Below, piece after piece: positions 52,101 through 64,000 of a stretch of DNA of 64,000 bases. The notes under the pieces were generated by a model, which did not search any database, had not been told where the DNA came from, and worked only from the letters and a program-made list of their open reading frames with translations. Within the stretch, counting starts at the first letter, position 1. Every line of letters begins with the position of its first letter. The stretch covers positions 62,682,001 through 62,746,000 of the forward strand of contig NC_092347.1 in assembly GCF_963676685.1 (NCBI RefSeq). The letters are read 5' to 3'. This stretch comes from Mytilus edulis. Lineage: Eukaryota. A program made the position numbers and the translations under genes.

Positions 52101-52990
52101 ACGGATTTGGCTATACTTTTTGGACCTTTTGGATTATAGATCTTCATCTTTTATATAAGCTTTGAATTTCACATATTTTTACCACGAGCATCACTGAAGA
52201 GACATGTATTGTCGAAATGCGCATCTGGTGCAAGAAAATTGGTACCGTTAATTTTATTATCATATCATACAAAATTACCTGGTTCGATTTCAGAAGTTCC
52301 AATTTTCTGTCTTACTTTGTTGACAACAGATTTCATTTCATCTCCATTTAAGAATTTGTAAAATTCAGTCAAAGTTTCATTGTTTTGGTCAACCTCTTTT
52401 ATGTATTTACCACAGTAGTCGTAATACCTCAGTAATCTATCGTCTGTAGATGTTGTTATTGACTGTTTACCCATAACATTCTCTAAACCCAGACAAAACT
52501 TGCTTTTGCTTTGCTTTGTCCTATCTTTCGACGTCGTTTCAAACATAATCTTGCCAGCATTTTTACGTACATTGTTTCTAAATCGTTTGACAAATCTTTC
52601 CCCGAGCTGAAGCATTTCTTCATCTCCAACGACAGACTGTTGGTACTGTTTGCTTTTTGGAAATGGGGTTCTCCAGTTACCTATAAACGGATGTTTTGTA
52701 ACAACTAATGAATCCCCTCTTAGAACTGTGGAAATGTTATCCATTTTTTGTATCCATGGTAGAGATGGGTATCTGGCAGCGTGTCTGAATAAGTAATGAA
52801 AATTTGTAATTTGACACGAATGTCCTCCATACATAAATGATCCATCTCTATTCTCCGGAATAGTTTCATTGATACTTTTTACCCAAAAATACGGAGTCAT
52901 AGCATTAAAAATAGGCTTCTTTAAATTGTCTCCAGTAATCACTTTGGTAATTGAAAATAACATAACTGTCAAAATAATGATATATTCCAT
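46142..52990 (-). CDS. MINPP1: MINPP1-like paralog D, 461 aa, hydrophobic GPI-type C-terminus
   Basis: Exons 52990-52279, 51133-51012, 49604-49495, 46583-46142. Motifs RHAARYP and GHTDT; ends ..TGNSFIMSSDLLLVLLLTYLSCVMILG*. Confidence 0.94.
48197..48508. mobile_element. Partial inverted copy (one end) of the same Harbinger-like element
   Basis: Reverse complement of about 2290-2508 joined directly to 3224-3285; preceded by TAA. Confidence 0.8.
50854..50994. mobile_element. Mutator-like MITE (copy 2)
   Basis: Same TIR; perfect 9-bp TSD CATGATTAA. Confidence 0.85.
51832..51875 (+). ncRNA. Minimal type I hammerhead ribozyme
   Basis: GCAUCA-CUGAAGA-GAC(auguauu)GUC-GAAA-UGCGCA-UC^UGGUGC. Stems I and II pair; predicted cleavage after C51869. 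Confidence 0.88.
52188..52231 (+). ncRNA. Minimal type I hammerhead ribozyme (second copy)
   Basis: Identical to 51832-51875; predicted cleavage after C52225. Confidence 0.88.
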
Positions 52991-53268
52991 TTCTAGAAAA
53001 TGTTGAATATACACATTAAATTCCAATGAAAGACTGCACTTACCTACCTGATGCCGAGCACATATAAATGTGTAAAGTAAACATGAACTGTAACATGTGC
53101 TGTCGGCAGTTTAAAAGTTGTTGTTTTCAATTAATGTCCCATTAATTTTGTATCATTGTTTATCATAAGTCAGGGATTTTGATACCACATATTACTTAAA
53201 ATATCTCACAGAATGAGATTGTTTCAAAGATAGAAAGATTTTGGCAGAAGTTTGGCTTTAAGTATAGA

Positions 53269-53714
53269 TAGAATCATATTCAAAACAGTGTAGCTGTGGC
53301 CATTGATTGACAACCTTAAATTATCCCATTGACTGGGGCAAATTATGTGAACGTTTGTCTGTAACAACCGCTGCTCACTATGTACTTGTTAAAGGCACTT
53401 AAACTGTGGGGCCACAAAAGGTTCTCAACACCTAAATAACGAAATTAGAAAAACTAATCAGGAATAACAAGATGTTTTGATTTATATCAATGATATAAAT
53501 CAAAACATAAAGTTATTCCTGATTAATTTTTCGAATTATTTTAATATTAAAGGCGTTAAGAACCTTTGGTGACCCCACAGTTTAAATTCTATAATAAGTA
53601 AGTAGTGAGCAGTTGTCCTTGCAGACACACGTTCACCTAATCTGCCCCAGTCAATGGGATACTTTAAGGTTGTCAATCAATGGCCACAGCTACACTGTTT
53701 TGAATATGATTCTA
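53269..53714. mobile_element. ~445-bp fully palindromic MITE upstream of paralog D
   Basis: Arms pair from tagaatcatattcaaaacagtgtagc inward to a centre near 53490. Confidence 0.85.
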
Positions 53715-54062
53715 ATTAATTCTTTGTCTTATTTGCAATCTTACACCAATGATAAATTTACTCACAAAGTGGTACCCCAACCCAAAATATATCTCTTTTA
53801 AAATTACTTCGATAAAGATAATCCTATATTTTCAAATGGTGTGATGACTGAAATTAGAAGTAATCCTTCTAAATCTTCAAATCTACATAAATTTAAAAAT
53901 TCCGTTTCCACGCTTTAACTTAAGTTTTCCTTTTCAAACTGTATAAAACTCAAACATAATGCTAAGCGTGACAGGGTTAGAATTTGGGCTGTGAGTCACT
54001 GACCGTTCTAACGTTATGCCCCTTTAGACTTTGTTCTCTAACTTAAGTTTGCCTTATGTTAA

Positions 54063-54220
54063 CAGTGGCGGATCCAGCCATTTTAAAAAGGGGGGTGTCC
54101 TAACACAGAGTAAAGGGGGGGGGGGGGTCCAACTATATGCTCCCAAATGCATTGATCGGCCAAAAAAAAGGGGGGTTCCAACCCCCGGTCCCCCCCCCCC
54201 TTTGGCCTGATCCGCCACTG
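54063..54220. mobile_element. hAT-like MITE
   Basis: TIRs CAGTGGCGGATC / GATCCGCCACTG with internal G and C runs; no clear TSD. Confidence 0.65.
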
Positions 54221-56225
54221 GTAAATTTTATGAAACGCAGACAGAGCTCAAATTATAATTTGGGTCGTGTTACTGTCCTAAAGTTATGCATAGGTTATTA
54301 TACATTTATAAATGAAAACATTTCTGAATTGCACGTTTCCGATTATTTACAGGAAATAAAAATATGTTATTATGACGAACTAGTATAAATATAAAAAATA
54401 AATCAGTGCCCATTGAGTTCAAACAAACGTGTCACCTGTAAACCATAAAAAACATAAAACTTAATTTTTTACTTGTCAACTGAAAAAAATATACGCATAT
54501 ATCTCTTTAAAACAACTTTGATAAAGATATAAATCCTATATTTTCAAATATTTTCAATACTGAAATTTAGCAATCCTTCTAAATCCCTACTTTATATATA
54601 TATATATATAAGACCCTCTCCTCAAGTAATGAAATATATCCTTTTGCATTAATCATAATATCTCGACTTGGTGTTAATTAGAAACACACTATCGGGCTGA
54701 CGCCCTCGTGAACTAAGCATCTAATACTTTCATCGTATGATGTGCATTGCTACATTGACTCATAACCACGCTCATAACTCTTTGCATTTATAACAATTAA
54801 ACAGACGAAGTATTTCTTAAATTGCAATTCCGGTGATTCATTTCCTGATATATAGTCAATTCTTACACAATGCAGATTTTGTATGTATATCTATGAATCT
54901 CTGTTCCTGTCCTTGTATAGCTGAAGACTGGGAAACAATTTAGAAAAAAAGCCCACCATCTCTTTTAAATAAGTCTTTGTATTATGCGCGAGCGGCGAAA
55001 ACAGTTTTAGTGTCATTACAATTCGGTCCGTCCGTCCGTCTGTCCATCAGAAAGACCTAGTGTATGAAAGGGAATGATGTGAAATATGGTTTCAGAATGA
55101 TAAGATGCAATTATTTTTTACATCTGCTGTGCAGTCTCTTCTGGTTTATCAGCAGATTAAAATTTTACAACACACATCATTCAAGCAAGATCTATTATTT
55201 ATAAAATAGATCTTTTCCGTTTACATTTTTGGCGTAATTTAGAGCCCCAGCAACCGTATTATTTTTGTTCGTCAGTTCAACAATAGCCAAATTTTTACAC
55301 GATTATTGATATACATTTTAAAATGCAAATGAAGGATTTATTTATTAGTTATGGGTGTTTAATGCCCCAGCAGCACAAAAGGTGATATCGAGGGCAGGGA
55401 ATAGTGTAATGTAATTGACAGACCACTGTACCGAAAAATGTTCCAGACCTAGTCAACAAATAACAATACTACAAGATCATACCTCATCTTCTTTAATATA
55501 GTTATTCAGTCATGGTTTGGTCTTATCATAGAGACCCTCAAGGGTAATGTCAATGTCGTTGAACGCCCCCGTTTAAATAAAATTTGGTCACGGTTGGAAA
55601 TTGCACAATAAATCAAATTGTAGTCCGAGTTTGATATAAAATATGCTTATTATAAATACTTGCGGCTAATAAAACAAAACACTTAAGTTGTAATCTCAAC
55701 AGACGACCATATACAAAAACCAAGAAACTATCTTTTATATCAATAAAGCCAAGTACAAAAGTTTAAACCGTTTATAGCTCCAAGTTAACCGACGGATTAT
55801 TATTGTGTTGGATTAAAAGTTATTAAAAACTAGTTTGTGACGAGAATTAAGAGATCCATATTGTAAATATATTACCGACCACAATAACTATGCTATCTTA
55901 GTAACATCATGACAAAAAGACTGGCCGCTGTGATGGGAGCACTAACTTAGTGTGGACAAATATCTAACGAAATATCAGACTTTTAATTTATACCAAGGAT
56001 TTGTATAGCCTAAGACTATACAAATTTTTGTTCATATACTTAATAAAAAAAAAAAAATGCTAAACAATTAAATCGAGCGTTTAAAAAAATCGAATGCAGT
56101 TGATCAATGTTCATTTGCATCATCTTTATTTTTTTATCAAAAAAAACCTCTTAGTATTAACATGATTAAATTTAACGATCCCCCCTTTTTTTTACAATTT
56201 CAATTATCATATCATTTATTTATAA

Positions 56226-57310
56226 CAGGGCCGTAACTAGCCTCTTCTAATAGTGAGGCAAAATATATATAAAAAAAATTTGACGAGGGGTTTGTGGGCC
56301 GCTCAAGGTCCCCAGAAGCTCTGAGAAAAATTACGAAAAATCGTGCATTCTGAAAGTTTCCCGGACTCTTTATGACATTAAAACGCAATTAATTGTTGCT
56401 TTTATCCAACCATTATCTGGTCTCAAAGCAAGAACATAGATTCATTGTGATTTAAGACTTTTAGGTTTTATGGAAAATATTAAAAGACCGATATGTAGGA
56501 TAAAGCAAAAATCGCAATTCTCATAATCATCAGTAATACAGGATCTGTCTGTCTGTTTTTGTCTTAATTGTATTGTGCTTAGACTGTGGTTATCTTTTTA
56601 TGACTAGATTTAAATATAGTGACAGATTGTACTTTAAGTACTAGTACGGCTTCAGTCTACACTAGGGACCATCTTGACCCTGTTTTACGGTATTATTGAT
56701 TCTTTTATTGTTGAAGACCCTCCAGCAACTTGACCATTGTCTTTTAGAATTTTTCTATGCATTGACTCTGTGCGATTATGTTTCGTGCACATTTACTCCA
56801 TATTCCTTTATTTTCTGTTACAGGGTCTGAACATGAATTAATGCAAGTTAATCCCTTCATTGGAAAAGGTCATATGGCAATACATTATTTTTTTTTGCAA
56901 ATTATTTGAATCCGGGAAATTGGTGACCTTACTTTTATTTAAACCATGTCAGCTTTCTAGTTTTATCTACCCCCCCAAAAAAGCCAGTTTTGTATTCTTT
57001 GATATCAAGTTCAATTCTCCATGCAGAAACGACCATTTTTTTTATGTGTCTTGTAGCATCGTATATTCTTAAAATAAAAGTACAAACAAAACACCATCAA
57101 CTCTGAAAACTAAATAGAAACATGCAGGGGCGACACCAGAGAGTGAAGAGGACTTGCTTCTTGCTAGACACTTTCCTTGAAAACAATTTGATATTAAGAC
57201 AATCAAGTTTGTTTTTTTTTTATTTCTAACATGAGGCATTTGCCTCATTTGCCTCAATCAAGGATTTGTATAGTGATACAAATCCTTGCCTCAATGTAGT
57301 TACGGCCCTG
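56226..57310. mobile_element. hAT-like non-autonomous element upstream of lamin
   Basis: TIRs CAGGGCCGTAACTA / TAGTTACGGCCCTG; subterminal tgaggca/tgcctca repeats. Confidence 0.75.
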
Positions 57311-57463
57311 TTATAAATAATGAAGGAATTTGTATATTAGAGTATCTTACTATACAAATCCTTGGTCGGGAACTGGTTTTGATTTATATGGTTGACAAGA
57401 GAATGTATAAACCAGAAAGTGTTTACGGTTAATGAGGCGTTAAAATATAGAATGTGAAAGGTC

Positions 57464-57529
57464 TCGATCACGTGATCGAAAAGGCGCGTAACCCACGCTA
57501 ACTCGCCATCTTTTCCAGGTGACTTCCGG
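57464..57529 (+). promoter_or_regulatory. Putative lamin core promoter: E-box palindrome, YY1-like and ETS-like motifs
   Basis: TCGATCACGTGATCGA 57464-57479, CGCCATCTT 57504-57512 and ACTTCCGG 57522-57529, all 60-130 bp upstream of the ATG. Confidence 0.55.
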
Positions 57530-57589
57530 TTCTACATCTCTGCAACTTTGGAATCGCCTTTTACATTTGTTTTGACAAATTAAATAGCG

Positions 57590-60500
57590 ATGGCAACCAA
57601 AACCCCTAAAAGCAGTAAGAAAACCATCATTACAACCACTACAACACAACGGACGTCAACCCCGTCCACATCTGCAGCATCTTCACCCGGCCGGCGTGCG
57701 AGGTCTCCATCACCAGCACGCATCTCCCGTCAAGCAGAAAAGGAGGAGCTCTCAAGTTTAAACGATCGGCTAGCAGCTTATATCGACAGAGTTAGATATC
57801 TAGAAAATGAGAATAGCCGCTTACAAGTTGCTGTCAAATCAACAGAAGAGACCGTCACCCGTGAAGTATCCAGTGTGAAACACTTGTACGAACAAGAGTT
57901 GGAAGATGCAAGAAAACTGCTTGATGACACTGCAAAGGAGAAAGCAAGATTGCAAATTGAGGCATCTAAACTGAAAGCTGAAACAGATGAATGGAGATCT
58001 AAGTAAGAATTTGTAAATAAAACATATATTGGTAGATTTTTGAACTGCATAAAACAATATCTGAAGCTTGTTGATGACAGTTCTCCCCAACAAAAATTAT
58101 TATATGGCACTGCGCTAAGTTTTTTTGCGGGACACTAAACGTAGTTACACTTTTGGTATTTAGCTGAATCTTGCCTCTGAATGACCTTAGATCTACTCCG
58201 AATCACCTTTTGACGTCAAGAAACGATTTAAATTGTGACGTCAAATATTTTAAATTATGATGTCAAAGTTTACGGGAACCTGTGTGATTTTACGTAATGG
58301 TGGACAAATTTGCATACAAGTGTAAATACGTCTATACACATTCAATATGAATTCGGTAACTTACTTGGAGGAAGAAGAAGAACAAGTTTCTCGTTCAGAC
58401 AGACTATAGGCTATAGCTAACATGTACTGGACTAGCTGAGGAACCTTAGCTCTTAGGTCCTTATGTTATTTTTTGACTATTTGCGGACCATAGTCTGAAA
58501 GTAAAAAATATTTAAAAAAAGGCCCATAAGAGTTAGTTCTGTCAGGTTAAAATTTTACTGTGATTCGTCAAAATATCCTTATCGTGATTCGTCAGATGTC
58601 TCAAATAATTATCGTTAGTTTTGAAAAAAAAATAGAGTGATTCGTTAAAAAGGGCTCTTCACGGTTAGTTTGGCCATATTGGATAGGGGGCAGATTTTTT
58701 AGAAAGAGGTGAAAATAGTATGAAAGTACTTGACTAGCTGTGATCCAAATCTCTAAGGTACTTTGCATGAAGTTCTGATAACTTTTAACTATTTGCCGAC
58801 CATATAAATAGTCTAAAAATAACATAAGGACCTAAGAGCTACTTTTCTGCAGCTAGAATAGGACATGCTAATTTATGTATCTGTGCATACATTATTGTAC
58901 AAATCATATGCTGAACATGTCAATTACACTACATGTAGATTGTAGCTGAATATTGTCATTGAGTTGAACATTCAGCTAACCAAACTTTTAAGTCAAAGCA
59001 TCTGGAAATAATATTTTTGAACCATAAAATGGCCATTTAAAACATTAATGGTGCACTTATAACCATGTGATTGACTTGAGTTATATAAGCTAGCAAGTAT
59101 GCGATATAACCCAAGCATCAAAATTTGTTTACGGTTGCAGCTGGGTATTTTTGCAATAAACTTGTCACTAAATAATTAATTGTTAAATAATTGCAAACAT
59201 ATTTAAATTGATAATTAAATTATGTAACACATGAAACATTGTCTACAATAGTTTGAAGAGAAATAAGGAATTAGTTCTAGTTTAGGTACTCACAGGAGAA
59301 ATGAATAGATGAAACCAAAGAAAGAAAAAATATATCAAGAAAAGTTTCAAAATGTTTTCTTATATGTTAAAAACTGACAAAATCTAAATCATTTAGCATA
59401 TCGTCGCTGTTATGCAAAAACCTCGTATCTAAGGTTTTGATAATTTTACACCAGGCAGTAAAAACTGAAATCTTTTTATCGATTATTTAGAATTAAATAT
59501 GTATGTTCCACTGTATGCAAAAATATCTGACCTTCTAACCAATCAATTACCAAGACGAGCAAAAATTTCTGCACCTATATATTGTAATTTCAAAGCTTTT
59601 CATTATTTCTAAGCTATATTAGAACCTAAAATTGATAAAACTGTACCTGTTATAATGTCAGCTGCCGTGACATGTGTTTTTCTTTTGAGATACGATATTT
59701 TCGCACAACAAAATGTGTCATCAATCCGACTACACTTTTTCGTCACATGTCAGAATTCGGGTTAATGATTGGTTAGAAGATCAGATATTTTCGCATACAG
59801 TGGAAGATACATATTTAAATTCTAATTAATCGATAAAAAGATTTCCGCAAAAAATTGAGATACGAGATTTTTGCATAACAGCGACGATATGAGCTATTGA
59901 CTATGCAAGTATGGACTTTAAATCACTTGCAAAAATCAGCTGGGACTTGCCACTTTAATAAAAAAAAACACCCAAGTCTCAGGTCTCACCATAAAAATAT
60001 CTGTTATACAATGTACTAAAAAACACAGAAAATGGAGGAATGAAAATGTAATAGAAGTGAAAATCAAATTTATATTCCTCCCAAAATATCAACAGTTGCT
60101 CCAAAAGTCAGAAAGTCTCCTAAAACATTTCAAAAGAGATTGTTATTTTACTTAAGGTGGTACCTAACACTACAGGGAGATAACTCAATTAAGTCAGCTA
60201 AACGTTTTAATTACGTTGTGTTGTTATGCTTCTCAATGATCAAAATTAGTGTTTGTCAAACTACTATGTAACCAGTGTAATTTTTCTTATAAATTGGTTG
60301 GTTCAAATTTTTTGAAATTTATATATTTTTGTGAAAGGGTTAATAAAGTAAATACTTTGTCAAAATTTTATGAAAATTAAACGAGCCAAATTAATTTAAG
60401 TAAAGGTGTTGGGTACCACCTTAAACATTTTTCTAGATTCCAATTCAAGGTCTCAAAACTCTGTTGAAGTTATCATATCATGGCATATTTCTTACTTTGT

Positions 60501-63092
60501 GTTTTATTAACAGATATTATAAAAGGGACAAAGAAGCTAAGGATGCAGAAGGACAACTACTTGGTTTACAAAAGGAATTGGCAGACTTGGAAGGTAAACT
60601 GGCTGTATCTGAACAACAAAGAAAACATTGGGAAAAGGAATATAATGTACGTAATGGTAACAATGATAATGTATATATATATGAAAATTTGTTTTAAAAA
60701 AATATTGTGCACCAGCTAACATGGCTAAACATATGTTCTTTAAGCATAGATATTGTCATGGGTTGTAATTATATTTCGTTATATCAATGTGAAGATACTA
60801 CACATCATCTCTAAATTTCTTGAATCTTGAAAAGAGGTGGTTTTGACTACCAAAAATAGCAAAGTACAATTATACATACATGTTTGTAATACAGGTTCCT
60901 TTGAACCTCTAGATTAATCCTCTTTTTCTTACCAGTTCAATGATTTGATTAGTTAACTCTGCAAATCTAGAGCATGATGTTGCATCAGAACATGTTCCAA
61001 TCTTAGTAGAATTACTCATATTTGTGTGCCTTTTTCTGCAATATTTGGAGGGACTTAAAAAAAAATCCTTGATTTTAAAGTTTTGAATGCCCATTTTGCT
61101 TTTTTTCACGTTTGAAAGAAATGACTGTTCAAAAAATGTGGTTCTCTCTTTTCAGATTCTAAGAAAAAAAATTGTAGTTTTATGTAAATCAAAAGATGAA
61201 GTTTGATTTTATTCCTTTTGCAGAAAATTAAAGGTGATATTGCAATGTTGGAAAGACAGCTTGCAACCAGTAAAAAGCAGCTGGAAGAGGAAACCTTAGC
61301 TAGGGTAGACCTACAGAACAGATTACAGACAATGAAGGAGGAACTGACCTTTAAATCACAAATGCATGAACAGGTATATCAAAGGATTTTATCCAATGTT
61401 CACTCAGTGCTCAGACATGAATTTGTCTAATTTTTGCTTTTGGCTCTTTGCTTTCGATTCCAAGGTCTTTTTTTTTTTCGTGGATTGTCTCCCTTTTATC
61501 AAAATTTAACAAGTTAAGTTTAATAAGCCCCCCCCCCCCCAAAAAAAACCAACCAAAACAAAACCAATGATCTTCTTTAAGTTGATATTGAACCAAAATT
61601 TGTAAATGTCAAGACTACTATACAAATATAAAAAGGTGGAGCATCAACATGACATTGTGACAGCGTTAGTAGTTCTCTTTTTCTTTGAAGAAACATATGA
61701 GCAAGAATCTAAAGTAAAATGTAGACAGTTTTGATTGACTTACTAATGCTACCATTTATAACAACTTCAAAATGAAAGAAAAACCTGCATGTGGTAAAAA
61801 CAGTTTATTCATCTGGTTATTACTACTAGAAACATGCAGCCTAGTTCTTTGTAAAATCAAAAATTTATTTCGGCAAAGGTGACATACTGTGGCCATGAAG
61901 TCAAATAAAGTGTTCCTATCCTGTTTAATTAAATAAAGATTGGCCTTATCAAGACCATTGTCTCATTTACAAGTCCAAAATTGTTTTTATAATAATACAA
62001 ATTTTGACTTTTGTTAAGTCAGATACCAAAAGATACTTTTTTATGCCTGAGCTCTTGATATTGTTTGTCTGGATGTGTTTTAGCAGGATAACATGAAGAT
62101 TCCCACAAGATTACATGATTATTCCATAGATGTCAAACTTTAACACCAGATATTTTTAGGACTGCAAATTTGTCATTAATTTAGAATATAACAGAATCAT
62201 AATTGAATTGCTTAAAAGAATTATTTTGTTTTATAGAATTATTGACACTGTCAAGACGGCCTCACTGCTTGTTAACTTACACTTCTATTGACTATTATTT
62301 TACAGGAATTGAATGAAACCAGAGTCAGGACCACCAGAGAGGTAGAAGAAGTAGATTCAAGTGTGAGAATGGACTATGAGACTAAACTTCAGGATGCATT
62401 GAGACAAATGAGAGATGAAAGTGACGAGAAACTGTTTGTTGGCAAACAAGAAATAGAGACAGTTTATGAGAGAAGGGTAAGAAGTTTTTGACATTTGTTT
62501 AATCAGTATTTTTTTAATATAACACATTTTTAAAATTATTTGAAATTATCATTGCATTATCTCCTTAAATTAGATTAAATTTACAATGAAATTTCTCTAG
62601 GTTACTTTTGTAAATGTGTGAGGTACACACAACACAACCTGACGAGTTTTCAAAAATTCAAATTCTCCAAAAATCAACTAAAAACAAAACATGTATGTTC
62701 ATTTTTCAACCAAGCATACAGAAAATGGTCAACTACTAGAAGGGACGTGTATAATAACCAAATCAGACTACCTGAAAACATGAAATTTTTTTTAAGGGAT
62801 TTAGACCCAAAATTTAAATATAATTTAGAATGTAATAAAAATACTGACTATACTTTTTAGGACATAACTTGTTTTATTTGGCCTGATTAGACCTGTAGCA
62901 TAAATTTTAGAGGACTGGTCATACTGCATCAGGAAATATGTTAATATTATCTCCTTTATCAAACAGATTGATGACCTCCAGTCCCAGTTAGAGAGGACAA
63001 TGAATGACTCCAGTGTTCACAACCATGATGCTTATACCTATCGTAGACAAGTGGATGAACTCAATTCAGAGCTAGCAAGACTCAGGGACCAG
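57590..63092 (+). CDS. Lam: Nuclear lamin (invertebrate B-type), exons 1-5; gene continues beyond the window
   Basis: Exons 57590-58002, 60514-60646, 61224-61373, 62306-62476, 62967-63092, GT-AG and in phase. Head with SPARISR (CDK1-type site), coil 1[23 protein letters not shown], and [22 protein letters not shown]. Confidence 0.95.
58432..58857. mobile_element. MITE in lamin intron 1
   Basis: Inverted arms tagctcttaggtccttatgttattttt / aaaaataacataaggacctaagagcta. Confidence 0.65.
59397..59891. mobile_element. Long-TIR MITE in lamin intron 1
   Basis: catatcgtcgctgttatgcaaaaa / tttttgcataacagcgacgatatg plus inner inverted blocks. Confidence 0.75.
60156..60420. mobile_element. TTAA-flanked MITE (Kolobok-like)
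   Basis: TTAA|GGTGGTACC..GGTACCACC|TTAA. Confidence 0.7.
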
Positions 63093-64000
63093 GTATGTTA
63101 AAATATATATACAGACACAGAGCTCCAGATAAGCTGTGTATTTGCGTGATCACGCAATACAAATAATAAAAAAAACCAATGCAATTGCCCATTGCAGGGT
63201 TCAATAACCCAATTAATTCAAAGGAAAACCCAATTATATGCCCAAACCATGAGTTCTCAACCCTTTAATTGGCTACTGTTTGCGTTATTTACCCTTATCT
63301 GTTTACAGTCGTCGCGTAAATCTATGTTTATAATATTTATAATTGGAAATTTCCTTTCATTCTAAAAATAGATCCCTGCATCAAGTAGCTGAAATGGGTC
63401 CCTGTTGGAGTTTTCCGTTGCTCAATAGGTACACATATTTTTGAAAACATTACGGTCTTCTCTGCGTTTATCGAATTAGCGTGTGTCATTTAGTCATATT
63501 TTTTTTGCATTGCTCGAGATTTATCATAACATACATTGAATTAAAACGAAAGTGAATGTCCGGTAAAAATATTAAATAGAAGCATGTTTTCTGCTTCTTT
63601 TGAAAAGCTGAGGGAAAGTTATGGTAACAAGACTCCGCCAGTGTTTTAGGAAGCGTCCATCGAAAGCACGGGCGTGTGTGCGTACCTTCTAACGAGAACA
63701 TTGCTAATAAACACGGGGTTTCGTCAAAAACGAAATCAGTTGGGAAAAGTGAAAGGCCAAATCAATTATGACATGATAAAGCATGAGAAACCAAAAGTTC
63801 TAATAAAAGACAACTAAACCCAGATTTATATAAATTGAATAAACCAAAATCATTCAAGTATAATCAGTGGCATAGCTGGGTCATTTTTACGTGTACGCCA
63901 GAGCCTTGGCGAGGGGTGTGAGGGGGTGCCAACCGCTCAATGTCAAAGCACCTGCTGGTAGTGGTTTCGAGAGGACGAAGTCCCCGAGAGCTATCGAGTT

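Larger units (their letters stand above)
51822..52259 (+). mobile_element. Non-LTR retrozyme: ~80-bp direct repeats, each containing a type I hammerhead ribozyme
   Basis: Identical direct repeats 356 nt apart in intron 1 of paralog D, antisense to the gene. Confidence 0.85.

Noticed and set aside
7684-52990. SORD plus MINPP1 array as a polyol/inositol metabolic gene cluster
   Set aside because: Only adjacency supports it; no shared pathway step or regulatory evidence is visible.

Overview
AT-rich, intron-containing animal DNA, probably a mytilid bivalve (inferred from the repeat families). I assembled the exons by hand from splice sites and reading phase. The window holds a complete 9-exon sorbitol dehydrogenase gene (- strand, 7684-16431). 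It also holds a tandem array of four 4-exon MINPP1-like histidine acid phosphatase genes (- strand, 20171-52990) and the first five exons of a nuclear lamin gene (+ strand, from 57590). All four MINPP1 paralogs have signal peptides and none has an ER-retention signal. Two end in GPI-type tails, and one looks like an intact pseudoenzyme. One paralog has its last exon split by a young 2.4-kb LTR element with a 4-bp TSD, a PBS-like site and a PPT. That element has no pol and encodes only a 282-aa protein with N-terminal zinc knuckles, a coiled coil and an RGG tail. Other features are a two-hammerhead 356-nt retrozyme, further hammerhead copies, a 3.2-kb 40-bp satellite, a 199/197-bp tandem array, LINE and Penelope fragments, and many MITEs.
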